Virus record (IMG/VR): IMGVR_UViG_2579778842_000017
Location: 1 to 64,000 of that record
Origin: a virus
Lineage: Duplodnaviria; Heunggongvirae; Uroviricota; Caudoviricetes
Reading direction: 5' to 3' (one strand)
DNA length: 64,000 bases
In this document: positions 51,155 through 61,864 of the stretch, piece after piece
How the letters are laid out: every line of letters starts with the position of its first letter
Numbering within the stretch: position 1 is the first letter of the stretch
Position numbers and translations under genes: made by a program
Notes under the pieces: generated by a model
What the model was told of the DNA's origin: nothing
The model's database searches: none
Seen by the model: only the letters and a program-made list of their open reading frames with translations

Positions 51155-53625
51155 TGGCTATCAGTTGGATCCAGCCCAGCTTTGCCGGTGGTGAGATTGG
51201 ACCGTCGTTGTACGGTCGTATCGACATGGCGAAGTACCAGGTGGCATTGCGCAAGTGCGATAACTTTATCGTGCGGCAGTATGGCGGCGTTGAGAATCGA
51301 CCTGGTACGCGTTTTGTCGGTGCCGCCAAATACCCAAATCGGAAATGCCGCCTAATCCCGTTCCAGTTCTCGACGGTTCAGACTTATGCTCTGGAGTTCG
51401 GACACCAGTACATGCGCGTTATCAAAGATGGTGCGTTGGTGCTGAACAGCAGCAATGTTATTTATGAAATTGCCACGCCATATACTGAAGCCGATCTGTT
51501 CCGAATTAAATTCACGCAAAGCGCAGACGTGCTTACGCTGGTTCATCCGGCATACCCGCCGAAAGAGTTGCGCCGCTATGCGCATGACAACTGGCAACTG
51601 GTTGATGTGGTAACGAAGAACGGGCCATTTGAAGATATCAATATTGACGAGTCAGTGACGGTTTATGCCAGCGCCAGCACCGGGACAATTACGTTAACGG
51701 CAAGCGCCTCAATTTTTGGCGCGGAGCAGGTAGGCAAATTGTTCTATCTGGAACAGCCTGCAGTGGATTCTGTGCCGGTATGGGAAACCAGTAAGAGTAC
51801 GTCGATTGGCGATATTCGCCGTGCAGACAGTAACTACTATCGCGCCGTTACAGCAGGCAAAACAGGCACTTTGCGCCCTTCGCATACAGAAGGCACATCA
51901 TGGGATGGCTGGGGCGGATCCGGTGATGATGATACCGGCATTGAGTGGGAGTATCTGCACAGTGGTTTTGGCATTGCCCGTATCTCTGCTGCAAATGGAA
52001 CTACTGCAACTGCCGAGGTGATTTCCTATATCCCTTCGCAGGTAGTTGGCGAGGATAATGCCAGCTATAAATGGGCTAAATATGCCTGGGACAGTATTAA
52101 CGGTTATCCTGGCACTGTTGTTTATTATCAACAACGCCTTTACTTCGCCGCATCGACTGCGTTCCCTCAGACTATCTGGGCCAGCCGTACCGGGGATTAT
52201 AAGGATTTTGGCAAAAGCAATCCTACGCAGGATGACGACAGAATTATCTACACCTATGCCGGGCGTCAGGTTAATGAGATCCGTCACCTGATTGATGTTG
52301 GTTCGCTGGTGGCGCTGACTTCCGGAGGTGAGTACGTCATCACTGGCGACCAGAACAAAGTGCTTGCCCCATCATCATTTGCATTCAGCTCTCAGGGATC
52401 AAATGGCTCGAGCAATGTCCCACCAATTGCCGTGGCGAATATTGCTCTGTTCGTCCAGGAGAAAGGCAGTGTTGTCCGTGATCTGGCCTACTCATTCGAT
52501 GTTGACGGCTATCAGGGGAACGACCTGACCATCCTTGCCAATCATCTTTTTCAGAAGCACAGCATTGTTGACTGGTGCTTCTCGATTGTCCCTTACTCCA
52601 GCGCCTTCTGCATTCGTGATGACGGTAAATTACTGGTGATGACCTATTTGCGTGATCAGCAGGTTTTTGCATGGGCACCACAATCCAGTACCGGAAAATA
52701 TGAAAGCACATGCAGTATCAGCGAAGGCAATGAAGATGCGGTGTATTTCGTCGTTAACCGAACCGTTAACGGGCAAACAGTGAGATACATCGAGCGGCTG
52801 TCCAGCCGTTTATTTACCAGCGATGAAGATGCTTTCTTTGTTGATTCTGGCCTTAGCTATGATGGAAGAAATACGTCTGACAGAACGATGACCATCACTG
52901 GTGGTTCTGGTGAATGGGATTACCGTGCGGAATATACAATCAGTGTTTCTGGTGGTGCGTACTTCACCAGTAGTGATGTCGGCGCGCAACTACAGTTCCC
53001 TTATACCGGAACTGATCCTGGTACTGGCGATGAAGTGTCAAAAGAATTACGTTGCGACATTATTTCTGTAACCAGCAATACCGCTGTAGTGGTTCGTGCT
53101 AACAGGAACGTCCCGCCATCCCTCAGGAATGTGGCCACCACGAACTGGCAGATGGCGCGCCGGACATTTGGAGGCCTGTCTCATCTTGAAGGCCAGACCG
53201 TAAACATTCTCTCTGATGCGAACGTGGAACCACAGAAAGTAGTTTCCGGAGGTGCCGTCACGCTGGAATCTCCGGGGGCTGTAGTGCACATCGGCCTGCC
53301 AATAACTGCTGAATTCGAAACACTGGATATCAACATTAACGGACAGGAAACGCTGCTGGACAAAAAACAGGTGATCCCGTCCGTTACTCTGGTTGTGAAT
53401 GCCAGCCGCGGCATCTGGGCGACTACGCCTGGCGGTAAATGGTACGAATATCCACAGCGTGAATTCGAGTTCTACGATGATCCTGTTGATGATGCTACCG
53501 GAAAAGTAGAAGTGAAACTGGACAGTAACTGGGGCAAAAACGGACGTGTAAAAATCCGTCAGCTTGACCCGTTGCCGCTGTCTGTTCTTGCCGTTATTCC
53601 TCGCCTTACTGTTGGGGGATTCTGA
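51154..53625 (+). CDS. Putative tail nozzle / tail tubular protein B
   Basis: 823 aa, translationally coupled to upstream gene; size and position as T7 gp12. Confidence 0.55.
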   Translation: MAISWIQPSFAGGEIGPSLYGRIDMAKYQVALRKCDNFIVRQYGGVENRPGTRFVGAAKYPNRKCRLIPFQFSTVQTYALEFGHQYMRVIKDGALVLNSSNVIYEIATPYTEADLFRIKFTQSADVLTLVHPAYPPKELRRYAHDNWQLVDVVTKNGPFEDINIDESVTVYASASTGTITLTASASIFGAEQVGKLFYLEQPAVDSVPVWETSKSTSIGDIRRADSNYYRAVTAGKTGTLRPSHTEGTSWDGWGGSGDDDTGIEWEYLHSGFGIARISAANGTTATAEVISYIPSQVVGEDNASYKWAKYAWDSINGYPGTVVYYQQRLYFAASTAFPQTIWASRTGDYKDFGKSNPTQDDDRIIYTYAGRQVNEIRHLIDVGSLVALTSGGEYVITGDQNKVLAPSSFAFSSQGSNGSSNVPPIAVANIALFVQEKGSVVRDLAYSFDVDGYQGNDLTILANHLFQKHSIVDWCFSIVPYSSAFCIRDDGKLLVMTYLRDQQVFAWAPQSSTGKYESTCSISEGNEDAVYFVVNRTVNGQTVRYIERLSSRLFTSDEDAFFVDSGLSYDGRNTSDRTMTITGGSGEWDYRAEYTISVSGGAYFTSSDVGAQLQFPYTGTDPGTGDEVSKELRCDIISVTSNTAVVVRANRNVPPSLRNVATTNWQMARRTFGGLSHLEGQTVNILSDANVEPQKVVSGGAVTLESPGAVVHIGLPITAEFETLDININGQETLLDKKQVIPSVTLVVNASRGIWATTPGGKWYEYPQREFEFYDDPVDDATGKVEVKLDSNWGKNGRVKIRQLDPLPLSVLAVIPRLTVGGF

Positions 53626-54089
53626 TGATCGATGTTCAAATTATTCCCGCAACCGAAGAGCATCTTCAGATGATTTTGCCGGATGTTCGTCAGGCTGATA
53701 TTGACGAACTGTATGCGGTATCACTGATGACTACCGAAGATGCGCTGCGTGTTGGTCTGCGTACTGCGACTATGGCCTGGTCAGGATTTGCGAACGGAGA
53801 ACTGGTAACCATGTTTGGCGTATCTCCGGCGTCAATGATCGGTGGCAATGGTACGCCCTGGCTGGTAGGAACCAGCCGTATTGAAAAATATCAGAAGACA
53901 TTTCTGCGCCACTGCCGCCCTGTATTGCAGCAGATGCTGGCAGTTTATCCGCGCCTGGAAAACTACGTCGACGAGCGAAACCATGTTGCCAAAGCATGGC
54001 TGCACTGGCTTGGATTCAGGCTTGAAGAAGCCGCGCCTTATGGTGCTCTTGGTCTTAATTTCCACAGATTTCACATGGAGAGAAAATAA
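53625..54089 (+). CDS. Hypothetical virion protein
   Basis: 154-aa ORF coupled to neighbours. Confidence 0.5.
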   Translation: MIDVQIIPATEEHLQMILPDVRQADIDELYAVSLMTTEDALRVGLRTATMAWSGFANGELVTMFGVSPASMIGGNGTPWLVGTSRIEKYQKTFLRHCRPVLQQMLAVYPRLENYVDERNHVAKAWLHWLGFRLEEAAPYGALGLNFHRFHMERK

Positions 54090-54634
54090 TGTGCGATCCG
54101 GTTATTGCTGGTGGCGCAATGCTCGCCATGAGTGGCATTCAGGCATACACCCAGTACCAACAGGGAAAGTATGTCTCGAAGGTTGCAGAAGCGAACGCAG
54201 ATATAGCCACAGCTCAGGCAAATGATGCAATAAACAGAGGTAACGCTGAAGCTGAGCAACGGCGCAGAGAGACCCGACAGCGGCTTGGTACACAGGCGGC
54301 GACAATGGGGGCTACCGGCGCTGATTTATCTACAGGTAACGCGCTGGATATATTTGGCGACACTGCCCAGTTTGGCGCTCTTGATTCGCTGACGACGGTG
54401 AATAACGCGCAACGCGAGGCTTACGGTTATCAGGTTCAGGCTGCCAACTATAAAGCAGAAGCCAGTTCAGCCCGTAAACAGGGGAATGTGGGAGCAGCAA
54501 CAACATTGCTCACCGCGCCTCTGAAGGCATACGGTGCGTACCAGATGTTTGGTGGGACGTGGAGTCCGTTTACTCAAAGCACTCCTGCGCCAATCGGGGC
54601 AGCAGCAGGAACCAGATTACCCGGAGGATTATAA
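54089..54634 (+). CDS. Putative internal virion protein (hydrophobic N-terminus)
   Basis: 181 aa; MCDPVIAGGAMLAMSGIQAY. Confidence 0.5.
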   Translation: MCDPVIAGGAMLAMSGIQAYTQYQQGKYVSKVAEANADIATAQANDAINRGNAEAEQRRRETRQRLGTQAATMGATGADLSTGNALDIFGDTAQFGALDSLTTVNNAQREAYGYQVQAANYKAEASSARKQGNVGAATTLLTAPLKAYGAYQMFGGTWSPFTQSTPAPIGAAAGTRLPGGL

Positions 54635-57147
54635 TGCCAGTCGTACCAACAGTATCCGGACGTCAGGTTGAGAGCCGTGGAGTTCAGTCAGCAGGCTTGC
54701 AGACGTTTTCTCAGCCAGGTATTGGTGATGCTTTTGTTCGGGCAGGGACAGAGGCAATTGATGTTTTGGGGCAGGCAAAACAGCGTGCCAATATCGCTCT
54801 GGCTCAGGAGGCATCTCTTAACCTCAGTCAGATAAGCAGCGATCTGCTGAATAATCCTGAAACAGGATTGCTTAACCTGAAAGGGAAAAATGCTATTGGA
54901 AAAGGCCATGAGTATACGCAGCAGTTTGATGCTCAGGTCGAACAACTGGCTATGTCGCTGCCGGATGAACAGGCTCGTAATGCTTTCATGCAGCAGGCGC
55001 AGCAGCAGCGCATTCAGTTCACTACGCAGGCCGGGCGACACGAGATAGGGCAAATTAATGCCTACGAAGAAGGCCAGTTTCAGGCGACACTGCTGAACAA
55101 TGGTAAAAATGCCGCAGCATTGTATGGCGACAACGCCGCATACGTATTGGCTAACAAGCAAACTTTCCAGCAAATTGAGGAGTACGGTGTTGCACATGGC
55201 TGGAGCAACGAGCAAATCCAGGCCAAGAAAATCGAGTTTAAAGAGAAGGTTGCTGATGCTGCATTGTCCCAGTGGTCGGCAAACAATGCGACCGCATTCA
55301 TCCAAAGTAATGGCGAGTTAAGTGATACTGCTGCTGGAGCTCGCCGTGCTGTAGCAGATAGTGACTCTTCCGAGCGTGCCCGTGGCATACGCAACAATAA
55401 CCCAGGAAATCTCGAATACAGCAAAACTAATCCGTGGGTAGGCCAGACCGGTGATGATGGTCGATTTGCTAAATTCGAAACACCTGAACACGGGATTCGT
55501 GCATTAGGGCGGAACCTGATGTCGTATCAGAGGCAGGGTATTGATACTGTCAGCGAGATAATTAATCGCTGGGCACCGCCTGCTGATAAAAATGACACTA
55601 TGTCGTATATCAAAGCAGTGTGCGAACAACTTGGCGTTTCTGCTGATGAGCCTCTCGATGCATCTAATCCTGATACCCTGAAGGCGCTTTGTGCAGCCAT
55701 TATCCATCATGAGAACGGTAGCCAGCCATACAGTGATCAGCAGTTAACTGCTGGTGTCAGTGCAGCACTTGGTTTATCAACAATTCCAACCAACACCAAA
55801 CGCTATACCGGTAATGCAGCATTCGATGCGGCATCTCCTGAGGCGCAGGCAAGTTTTATGCGACAGGCGGATCAACTGCGTCGGCAGCAGCAGGCTGAAT
55901 ATAAAACGATGATTGACAGCCAGGTTCGCGATGCGACAGCTGCGTATATGCGTGGCGTTGAATTTCCTAACCCACCTGGTGAGGCTGATTTTATTGCAGC
56001 TTATGGAGTAAGAGAAGGAAACCTGCGATATACCGAGTTCAGAAATACGCAAATCGCCGGACAGTATATAGGCTCTTTCCGCAACATGCCGACAAGCAGC
56101 ATTACAGCATATGTTGAGCAATTACGCCCGGATACTGGTGAGACAGGGGAGGGTTATGCGGCACGAGCCGCTCTTTATGACAACGTTGTGTCGGCTGCAA
56201 GTCAGGTGATAAAGCAGCGACAGGCTGATCCTGTACAGTTCTCTCTTGCCGCCGGACAGGCAAAGCCTATCGACATGAGCAATAAGGATAACTTTGGACA
56301 GAGCGTTGCCTTGCGTGCTGCTCAGGTCAGTGACCTTGCTAAGTCATATGGCACTCCACTGACGTTCTTTTCCAAAGACGAGGCCAATCAGATCGGTGTT
56401 TTCTTTCGTGATGCTCCAGTTTCCCAACAGGCAGCATATCTCGACACCATCAGGCAGAGCACTGGTGGTGGGCAGGTGTATATGTCAGCACTACAGCAGA
56501 TCAGTGCCAACGCTCCATCTGCTGCCGTTGCCGGGATACTGATGGATAAGCCTGGTGGTATTTTGGCAGAAAAAAACTGGTTTAATCCGGATGTTTCCGT
56601 GTCTCCTGAAACCGCTGCGCAGACAATTCTTGCTGGCGCGGCGGCTCGTAAAGGTACTGATGATGCGAAAGGTATTCCGATGCCTAAAGATGCTGATCTT
56701 CGCCTTGAGTTTTCTGACATGGTGAAGGATGCATTTGCTGGTGACGCTCATGGGGCATCAATGGCATACGAGATCGCAAAGGATTATTACGCTGGTGTGA
56801 TGGCGAAAAAAGGCGTGGTATCAGGAGAAATTGACAATGATGTCTGGAAACAGGCTGTTAACGTAGCTACAGGTGGCGTGCATGACTATAACGGAATGGG
56901 GAATGTCCTTTTGCCGTGGGGAATGTCTGCAGAGCAATTCGATAAGCAGGTTAATCAGGCTTGGAATGAACAAGTTGTCGGCTCCGGGATAAAAACACCG
57001 CCTGGTCAGTATGGTTTGCAAAGTTACGGCGATAGTCAGTACCTGGTGAAACTTGGTACTGGTTATCTGCTGAAAGATGATGGTTCTCCCGTTGTTCTTA
57101 ATCTGACACAGAAGCGTCAGAGATTCTCCGGAGATATTCCGCAATGA
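54634..57147 (+). CDS. Large internal virion / ejection protein
   Basis: about 837 aa from MPVVPTVSGRQ (TAATG coupling, GGAGGA RBS); GIRNNNPGNLEY motif. Confidence 0.6.
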   Translation: MPVVPTVSGRQVESRGVQSAGLQTFSQPGIGDAFVRAGTEAIDVLGQAKQRANIALAQEASLNLSQISSDLLNNPETGLLNLKGKNAIGKGHEYTQQFDAQVEQLAMSLPDEQARNAFMQQAQQQRIQFTTQAGRHEIGQINAYEEGQFQATLLNNGKNAAALYGDNAAYVLANKQTFQQIEEYGVAHGWSNEQIQAKKIEFKEKVADAALSQWSANNATAFIQSNGELSDTAAGARRAVADSDSSERARGIRNNNPGNLEYSKTNPWVGQTGDDGRFAKFETPEHGIRALGRNLMSYQRQGIDTVSEIINRWAPPADKNDTMSYIKAVCEQLGVSADEPLDASNPDTLKALCAAIIHHENGSQPYSDQQLTAGVSAALGLSTIPTNTKRYTGNAAFDAASPEAQASFMRQADQLRRQQQAEYKTMIDSQVRDATAAYMRGVEFPNPPGEADFIAAYGVREGNLRYTEFRNTQIAGQYIGSFRNMPTSSITAYVEQLRPDTGETGEGYAARAALYDNVVSAASQVIKQRQADPVQFSLAAGQAKPIDMSNKDNFGQSVALRAAQVSDLAKSYGTPLTFFSKDEANQIGVFFRDAPVSQQAAYLDTIRQSTGGGQVYMSALQQISANAPSAAVAGILMDKPGGILAEKNWFNPDVSVSPETAAQTILAGAAARKGTDDAKGIPMPKDADLRLEFSDMVKDAFAGDAHGASMAYEIAKDYYAGVMAKKGVVSGEIDNDVWKQAVNVATGGVHDYNGMGNVLLPWGMSAEQFDKQVNQAWNEQVVGSGIKTPPGQYGLQSYGDSQYLVKLGTGYLLKDDGSPVVLNLTQKRQRFSGDIPQ

Positions 57148-58946
57148 GTTACTTTGGCCTTAATCCAGTAAACCAGAATCAGCAGCTTGACGAAGCAGCA
57201 TCAAATCCAGCTGGCTTTAACAGCGATGTTGGTTTTTTCGACAATGCTGTAGGAGCGGCATTGTCTGGTTTGTACTCCGGGCTGGTGGCAAAGCCAGATC
57301 AGTTGCTATGGGCAGGGATGGATAAAATCGTATCCCCGATTGCTCAGTTTGTTAACGAAAACACCTCGCTCAATGACACTTCAGTTTCATACATTGCTGA
57401 GCAGAGAAAACTAGCAGAGCAGCAGGTTAAGCGGCTGACGCCTGATGCCGCGACAACCGGAACCGCCGGGCAGGTCCTTTATGGGTTGTTCGATATGGGC
57501 GGGCAGGCTGTTGTCGGTACAACGCTCGGTGGTCCGGTCGGAGGTGCTGCGGCGGTAACTTCGCTACAGGGTTTTTCTGAGTTTGAACGGCTGACAGCAC
57601 AGGGTGTTGATTTCAGGACGGCGCAGGAAGCGGGATTAGTGCAGGGTATTACTGCTGGTGCCGGAACACTGATCCCTATGAGCCTCGGGTTACGTGCTGG
57701 TGGTGCGCTGGCGGAAGGTGTGGCGGCTCAGCTTGCGCGGACGGGTGAAAGTTCAGTGCGACGCGCCGCAGCAACAGCAGTACGTGCAACGCCAGATATT
57801 GCCTATGCCGCAGGTACAAATATTGCGTTCGGTATGGCACAGCGTGGGCTTACTGCAAAAACGCTTCGTGATGGTGGCTATAGCGAAATGGCTAACCAGT
57901 ATGATGTGTTGGATCGACAGGCAATTGCTATTGATGCTGTTCTTGGGGTGGCGTTTGGTGGTGTCGGCAGATTTATTAACTCTCGCGGCGAGTCTACAAG
58001 CGCACCAAATTTTTCACCAGTTGATATTGATGCTGCACTGGCGGCGAATGCCGCTCATCATGCTGAAATTGATATTGCTCCCGGCGTTCCGATCAACGTG
58101 CTTTCGCGTAATTCGCACATTCAGGCTCTGCGAAAAGCCATGTCTGATGTTAGCCAGGGGAGACCTGTAGACGTTGCCAGCATTGTTGAGTCTGCATCTT
58201 TCAGTGAAATTCCTGGGCGCAAGAGTCTGCTGTCTCAGGCAGTTAATGAGGCTCTGTCATCTGTAGATGATGGAGTAACTGCGCGCGCTATAGAAAATCG
58301 GTTGCTTGAAGAACAGGCCGCGCAGCTTTTGTCGCGTGGCGATAGACAGGTTTACCAGTCTGAAATCGCTAATAGCCAACGAATTATTGAAAATCTCACT
58401 GAACAGCGCGCACAAATTCTTGCAGAAGAGCCAACCGGTAGCGGTAAGGCTTTATCTCGTGCTCGATCAGATAAACAGGCCAGACTTCGCGATATTGACC
58501 AACGAATCCGGCAGGCACAAGAACGCCTGGAATTTTCTCGTAACGCGTTGGCGCCGCACGAGCCTGGAGGTCAGTTTTTTGAAGCTCGAGCAGAACTGGC
58601 ACGACGACAGCAGGCAGAAAGTGAACTTAATGCTCAGGCTGTTTCATTCTATAAAACAGCAGAGGTCAGGACGCCAGACGAAGTAGCTCCTTTTGAGCCC
58701 GGTAAGATATTGCAACAGACAGAACAAAAAATGATGGCAGATCCGGCAGGAGATATTGATCTGCGTATAGCTGAAGACTCGCTGCTTGAATCTCCGGACA
58801 TGATAATCACCGTGCTGGATGATGATGGTAATCCACAATCGCGCAGTGCGCGTGAAGTACTGGATGAAGCGAACAGGGAAAGTGAGCAGGCAATACAGGA
58901 TTCCAGCCTGTTTGATGTCGCTGTGGCGTGTTTCTTGAGAGGTTAA
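57144..58946 (+). CDS. Large internal virion / ejection protein
   Basis: 600 aa, Ala/Gly-rich. Confidence 0.6.
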   Translation: MSYFGLNPVNQNQQLDEAASNPAGFNSDVGFFDNAVGAALSGLYSGLVAKPDQLLWAGMDKIVSPIAQFVNENTSLNDTSVSYIAEQRKLAEQQVKRLTPDAATTGTAGQVLYGLFDMGGQAVVGTTLGGPVGGAAAVTSLQGFSEFERLTAQGVDFRTAQEAGLVQGITAGAGTLIPMSLGLRAGGALAEGVAAQLARTGESSVRRAAATAVRATPDIAYAAGTNIAFGMAQRGLTAKTLRDGGYSEMANQYDVLDRQAIAIDAVLGVAFGGVGRFINSRGESTSAPNFSPVDIDAALAANAAHHAEIDIAPGVPINVLSRNSHIQALRKAMSDVSQGRPVDVASIVESASFSEIPGRKSLLSQAVNEALSSVDDGVTARAIENRLLEEQAAQLLSRGDRQVYQSEIANSQRIIENLTEQRAQILAEEPTGSGKALSRARSDKQARLRDIDQRIRQAQERLEFSRNALAPHEPGGQFFEARAELARRQQAESELNAQAVSFYKTAEVRTPDEVAPFEPGKILQQTEQKMMADPAGDIDLRIAEDSLLESPDMIITVLDDDGNPQSRSAREVLDEANRESEQAIQDSSLFDVAVACFLRG

Positions 58947-58951
58947 ATTAA

Positions 58952-61426
58952 ATGAGACAGGAATGTATACAAGCGGTCCAGCAGGCGGCGCAGCGCACGT
59001 TAACGGCGCGAGAAATACAGAACATTGAAGACCGCATTTATCGAAATATGCGCTCCATTGCTCGTGATGACCCGATGTCGTGGAGACAACTTTCCGAATC
59101 AGAGCGGCTATATCGTGCAGCACAATTGGCATCTGAAGAATTACAGCGAGAAGCGGCATTAAAGAAACGTCGTGTGGCCCTCACTATAGCCGCACGTCAG
59201 AGATTGGATAAATTTATCAATAGCTATCAAGGGGCTGATGGGAAACTTGGCGCTCTTAACCGTACTATTGCTTTTAATGCAGACGGTAAATCGAATTTCC
59301 TCTCTGTTGAATCCAGAACAAAAGCCACCCGTGATTATGCATTGAGTCAATTGCAGGAGGCATTCGAAGCAGTTGATCCTCGCTTTTTTGGTCTGTTTGA
59401 AGATGAAGCGGGCGTACGTGACCTGGTATATGAAATGCGGGGGCAAAATACTGGCAATGCTAAAGCAAGAAAAGGTGCTAAGGCGTGGAGAGAAGTGACA
59501 GAGCTACTGCGCCGCCGGTTTAATGATGCTGGTGGGGACATTGGCTATCTCGAAAACTGGGGGATCCCTCAACATCATTCTATGGAAAAGGTTGGGGCGG
59601 TATCAAAGGATAAGTGGGTTAGCGATGTTATAGGTAAGCTGGATCGCAAATATTATATCCGAGCCGATGGACAACTGATGAACGATGCCGAGTTGTCTGC
59701 ATTTCTTGGAGAGGCTTATAACACGATCGCTACTGGTGGGCTGAATAAGCTTACTGATACCGGAATGCGAATTTCCGGCGCACGTGCTAACCGTGGTAAT
59801 GCATCACGACAGATACATTTCAAAGATGCAGATTCCTATCTGCAATATCAGCAACTTTATGGCGATCGCTCTCTATGGGAAATCATGGTCGGTCACCTGG
59901 AAGGTATCAGTAAAGATATTGCACTGGTGGAAACATATGGTCCAAACCCCGATCATGTTTTCCGCTCCCTTCTTGATCAGGTTAAGGCAGAAACGGCAAC
60001 AGCTAACCCGAGTAAAACCGGTAAAGTCGAGCGGCTGGCGAACAAAACAGAGAACCTGTACAACTTTATTTCCGGAAAGACACAGCCTGTAGCGAATCCG
60101 CACATCGCGCGATGGTCTGACAATATCCGCAACTGGCTGGTTGCCAGCAGACTCGGATCCGCGTTGCTGTCATCGTTCTCTGATCTTGGAACCATGTATC
60201 TGTCTGCGAAGGTTACCAACCTTCCAATGAACCAGTTATTCCGCAACCAGCTTGAAGCTATGGACCCAACGAACCGTACAGAACTTGCGCGGGCGCGCCG
60301 CGCTGGTCTGGCGATGGAATCTCTACTTGGCAGCGTTAACCGCTGGGCGATGGATAATATGGGGCCGTCAGTGTCTCGTTGGGCGGCAACGGCGGTAATG
60401 CGTGCCAGTGGGCTTACAGCATGGTCAGATGCGCACAAGCGCGCCTATGGCGTAACCATGATGGGAAGCCTGGGAGAAGTAGTGTCACGGACACCAGACC
60501 TTCGTAGCCTCGATGACTATGATTTTCGTATCCTGAAAAGCAAAGGGATTACTGACACAGACTGGAGCGTATGGAAGCTGGCGCAACAGGAGGACTGGGG
60601 GAACGGTAATAATACGATGCTGACACCGGAAAGCATTATGCGTATCCCTGATTCAGCAGTTAAACATCTTGGTGAGCCTGAACGTGTGAAATTTGAGGCA
60701 ATGCGTAAACTGCTCGGTGCCGTAACTGAAGAAGTTGATATGGCTGTTATTACACCGGGCGCACGTGAACGGATGTTCGTAGGGTCTGGTCTTCAGCGTG
60801 GAACATGGAAAGGTGAATTAACGAGAAGTGTTTTCCTGTTTAAATCGTTCCCTATCTCGGTAGTTATGCGTCACTGGCATAGAGCTATGGGGATGCCGTC
60901 TGCTGGTGGGCGTGCGGCATATATAGCAACGTTTTTAGCAAGCACAACCATGCTTGGTGCTCTTTCCATGCAGATTACTGATCTTATTAATGGGAGAAAT
61001 CCAAAAGAAATGACCGGTGACAACATGGTTAAATTCTGGATAAATGCATTTTTAAAAGGTGGTGGGGCAGGGTTGTATGGTGATTTTCTTTTCTCTGACC
61101 ACACCAGGTACGGGAGCGGCGCACTAGCGTCGATGCTTGGCCCGGTAGCTGGTCTGGTTGATGACGTAGTGAAGATTGCTCAGGGCATACCGTTAAATGC
61201 TGTGGAAGGGAAGAATGAGCAGACTGGTGGTGATCTGGTTAAGCTTGGGAAAGGTTTGATGCCTGGTGCGAATCTCTGGTACTTGAAGGCGGCTCTCGAT
61301 CACATGATCTTTAATCAGATGCAGGAGTATTTTTCACCAGGCTATTTGCGTAAAATGGAGCAACGTTCGAAGAAAGAGTTTAACCAGACATACTGGTGGC
61401 GACCTCAGGATGTCACTCCGCAATAA
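58952..61426 (+). CDS. Large internal virion / ejection protein
   Basis: 824 aa, last large gene of the virion operon. Confidence 0.6.
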   Translation: MRQECIQAVQQAAQRTLTAREIQNIEDRIYRNMRSIARDDPMSWRQLSESERLYRAAQLASEELQREAALKKRRVALTIAARQRLDKFINSYQGADGKLGALNRTIAFNADGKSNFLSVESRTKATRDYALSQLQEAFEAVDPRFFGLFEDEAGVRDLVYEMRGQNTGNAKARKGAKAWREVTELLRRRFNDAGGDIGYLENWGIPQHHSMEKVGAVSKDKWVSDVIGKLDRKYYIRADGQLMNDAELSAFLGEAYNTIATGGLNKLTDTGMRISGARANRGNASRQIHFKDADSYLQYQQLYGDRSLWEIMVGHLEGISKDIALVETYGPNPDHVFRSLLDQVKAETATANPSKTGKVERLANKTENLYNFISGKTQPVANPHIARWSDNIRNWLVASRLGSALLSSFSDLGTMYLSAKVTNLPMNQLFRNQLEAMDPTNRTELARARRAGLAMESLLGSVNRWAMDNMGPSVSRWAATAVMRASGLTAWSDAHKRAYGVTMMGSLGEVVSRTPDLRSLDDYDFRILKSKGITDTDWSVWKLAQQEDWGNGNNTMLTPESIMRIPDSAVKHLGEPERVKFEAMRKLLGAVTEEVDMAVITPGARERMFVGSGLQRGTWKGELTRSVFLFKSFPISVVMRHWHRAMGMPSAGGRAAYIATFLASTTMLGALSMQITDLINGRNPKEMTGDNMVKFWINAFLKGGGAGLYGDFLFSDHTRYGSGALASMLGPVAGLVDDVVKIAQGIPLNAVEGKNEQTGGDLVKLGKGLMPGANLWYLKAALDHMIFNQMQEYFSPGYLRKMEQRSKKEFNQTYWWRPQDVTPQ

Positions 61427-61435
61427 GGAACAACA

Positions 61436-61849
61436 ATGAAGGAATTATTGCTGTTATCGGTATTTTTGATATCCGCTTGCTCGACATCCTATGATGTTTA
61501 TGACGGTGTTGATAAGGCATATTGCGACAAAGTTAAAATGGATTTTTCTCTTGCCAAGACGGCGAAGGATAGTTGTATTGATCACTACGTCAAGACTTAT
61601 ACCAAGCCAGCCTCATCGGCATCTGATATTGCTGAAGGTGCTGTGTTTGAGTGTAACAAGGTGATATCCATCGCAGCGAGTTCTTCATACGATGCTGCTG
61701 TATGTGCAATGGCTGAAAGAAACGGCATGTCAGTGCAAAAAATTAATAGCATGATAAGCAGTAATGACGAAGCCAAAATAAGAACTGATATCAGCTCGGT
61801 GAAAAAAGATGCCATGAACAGAGTTGTAAAATATCAGTCATCTTTATAA
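61436..61849 (+). CDS. Lipoprotein (candidate superinfection-exclusion protein)
   Basis: 137 aa, signal peptide with lipobox LISAC; lower GC than neighbours. Confidence 0.6.
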   Translation: MKELLLLSVFLISACSTSYDVYDGVDKAYCDKVKMDFSLAKTAKDSCIDHYVKTYTKPASSASDIAEGAVFECNKVISIAASSSYDAAVCAMAERNGMSVQKINSMISSNDEAKIRTDISSVKKDAMNRVVKYQSSL

Positions 61850-61852
61850 GTC

Positions 61853-61864
61853 GTGACATGTCAC
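61853..61864. repeat. Palindrome GTGACATGTCAC (copy 3)
   Basis: perfect copy right after the lipoprotein stop and before a terminator. Confidence 0.6.

Noticed and set aside
42134-61849. Second module as a lytic T7-like phage
   Set aside because: Terminase genes precede the portal (T7 has them at the end), no RNA polymerase or DNA replication genes, and a Bro-N antirepressor-like gene lies adjacent; more consistent with a temperate podovirus or remnant.
42090-61864. GTGACATGTCAC repeats as a possible CRISPR array or IS terminal inverted repeats
   Set aside because: Only three widely spaced copies, no spacer/repeat periodicity, no cas or transposase genes; treated as a regulatory or junction motif instead.
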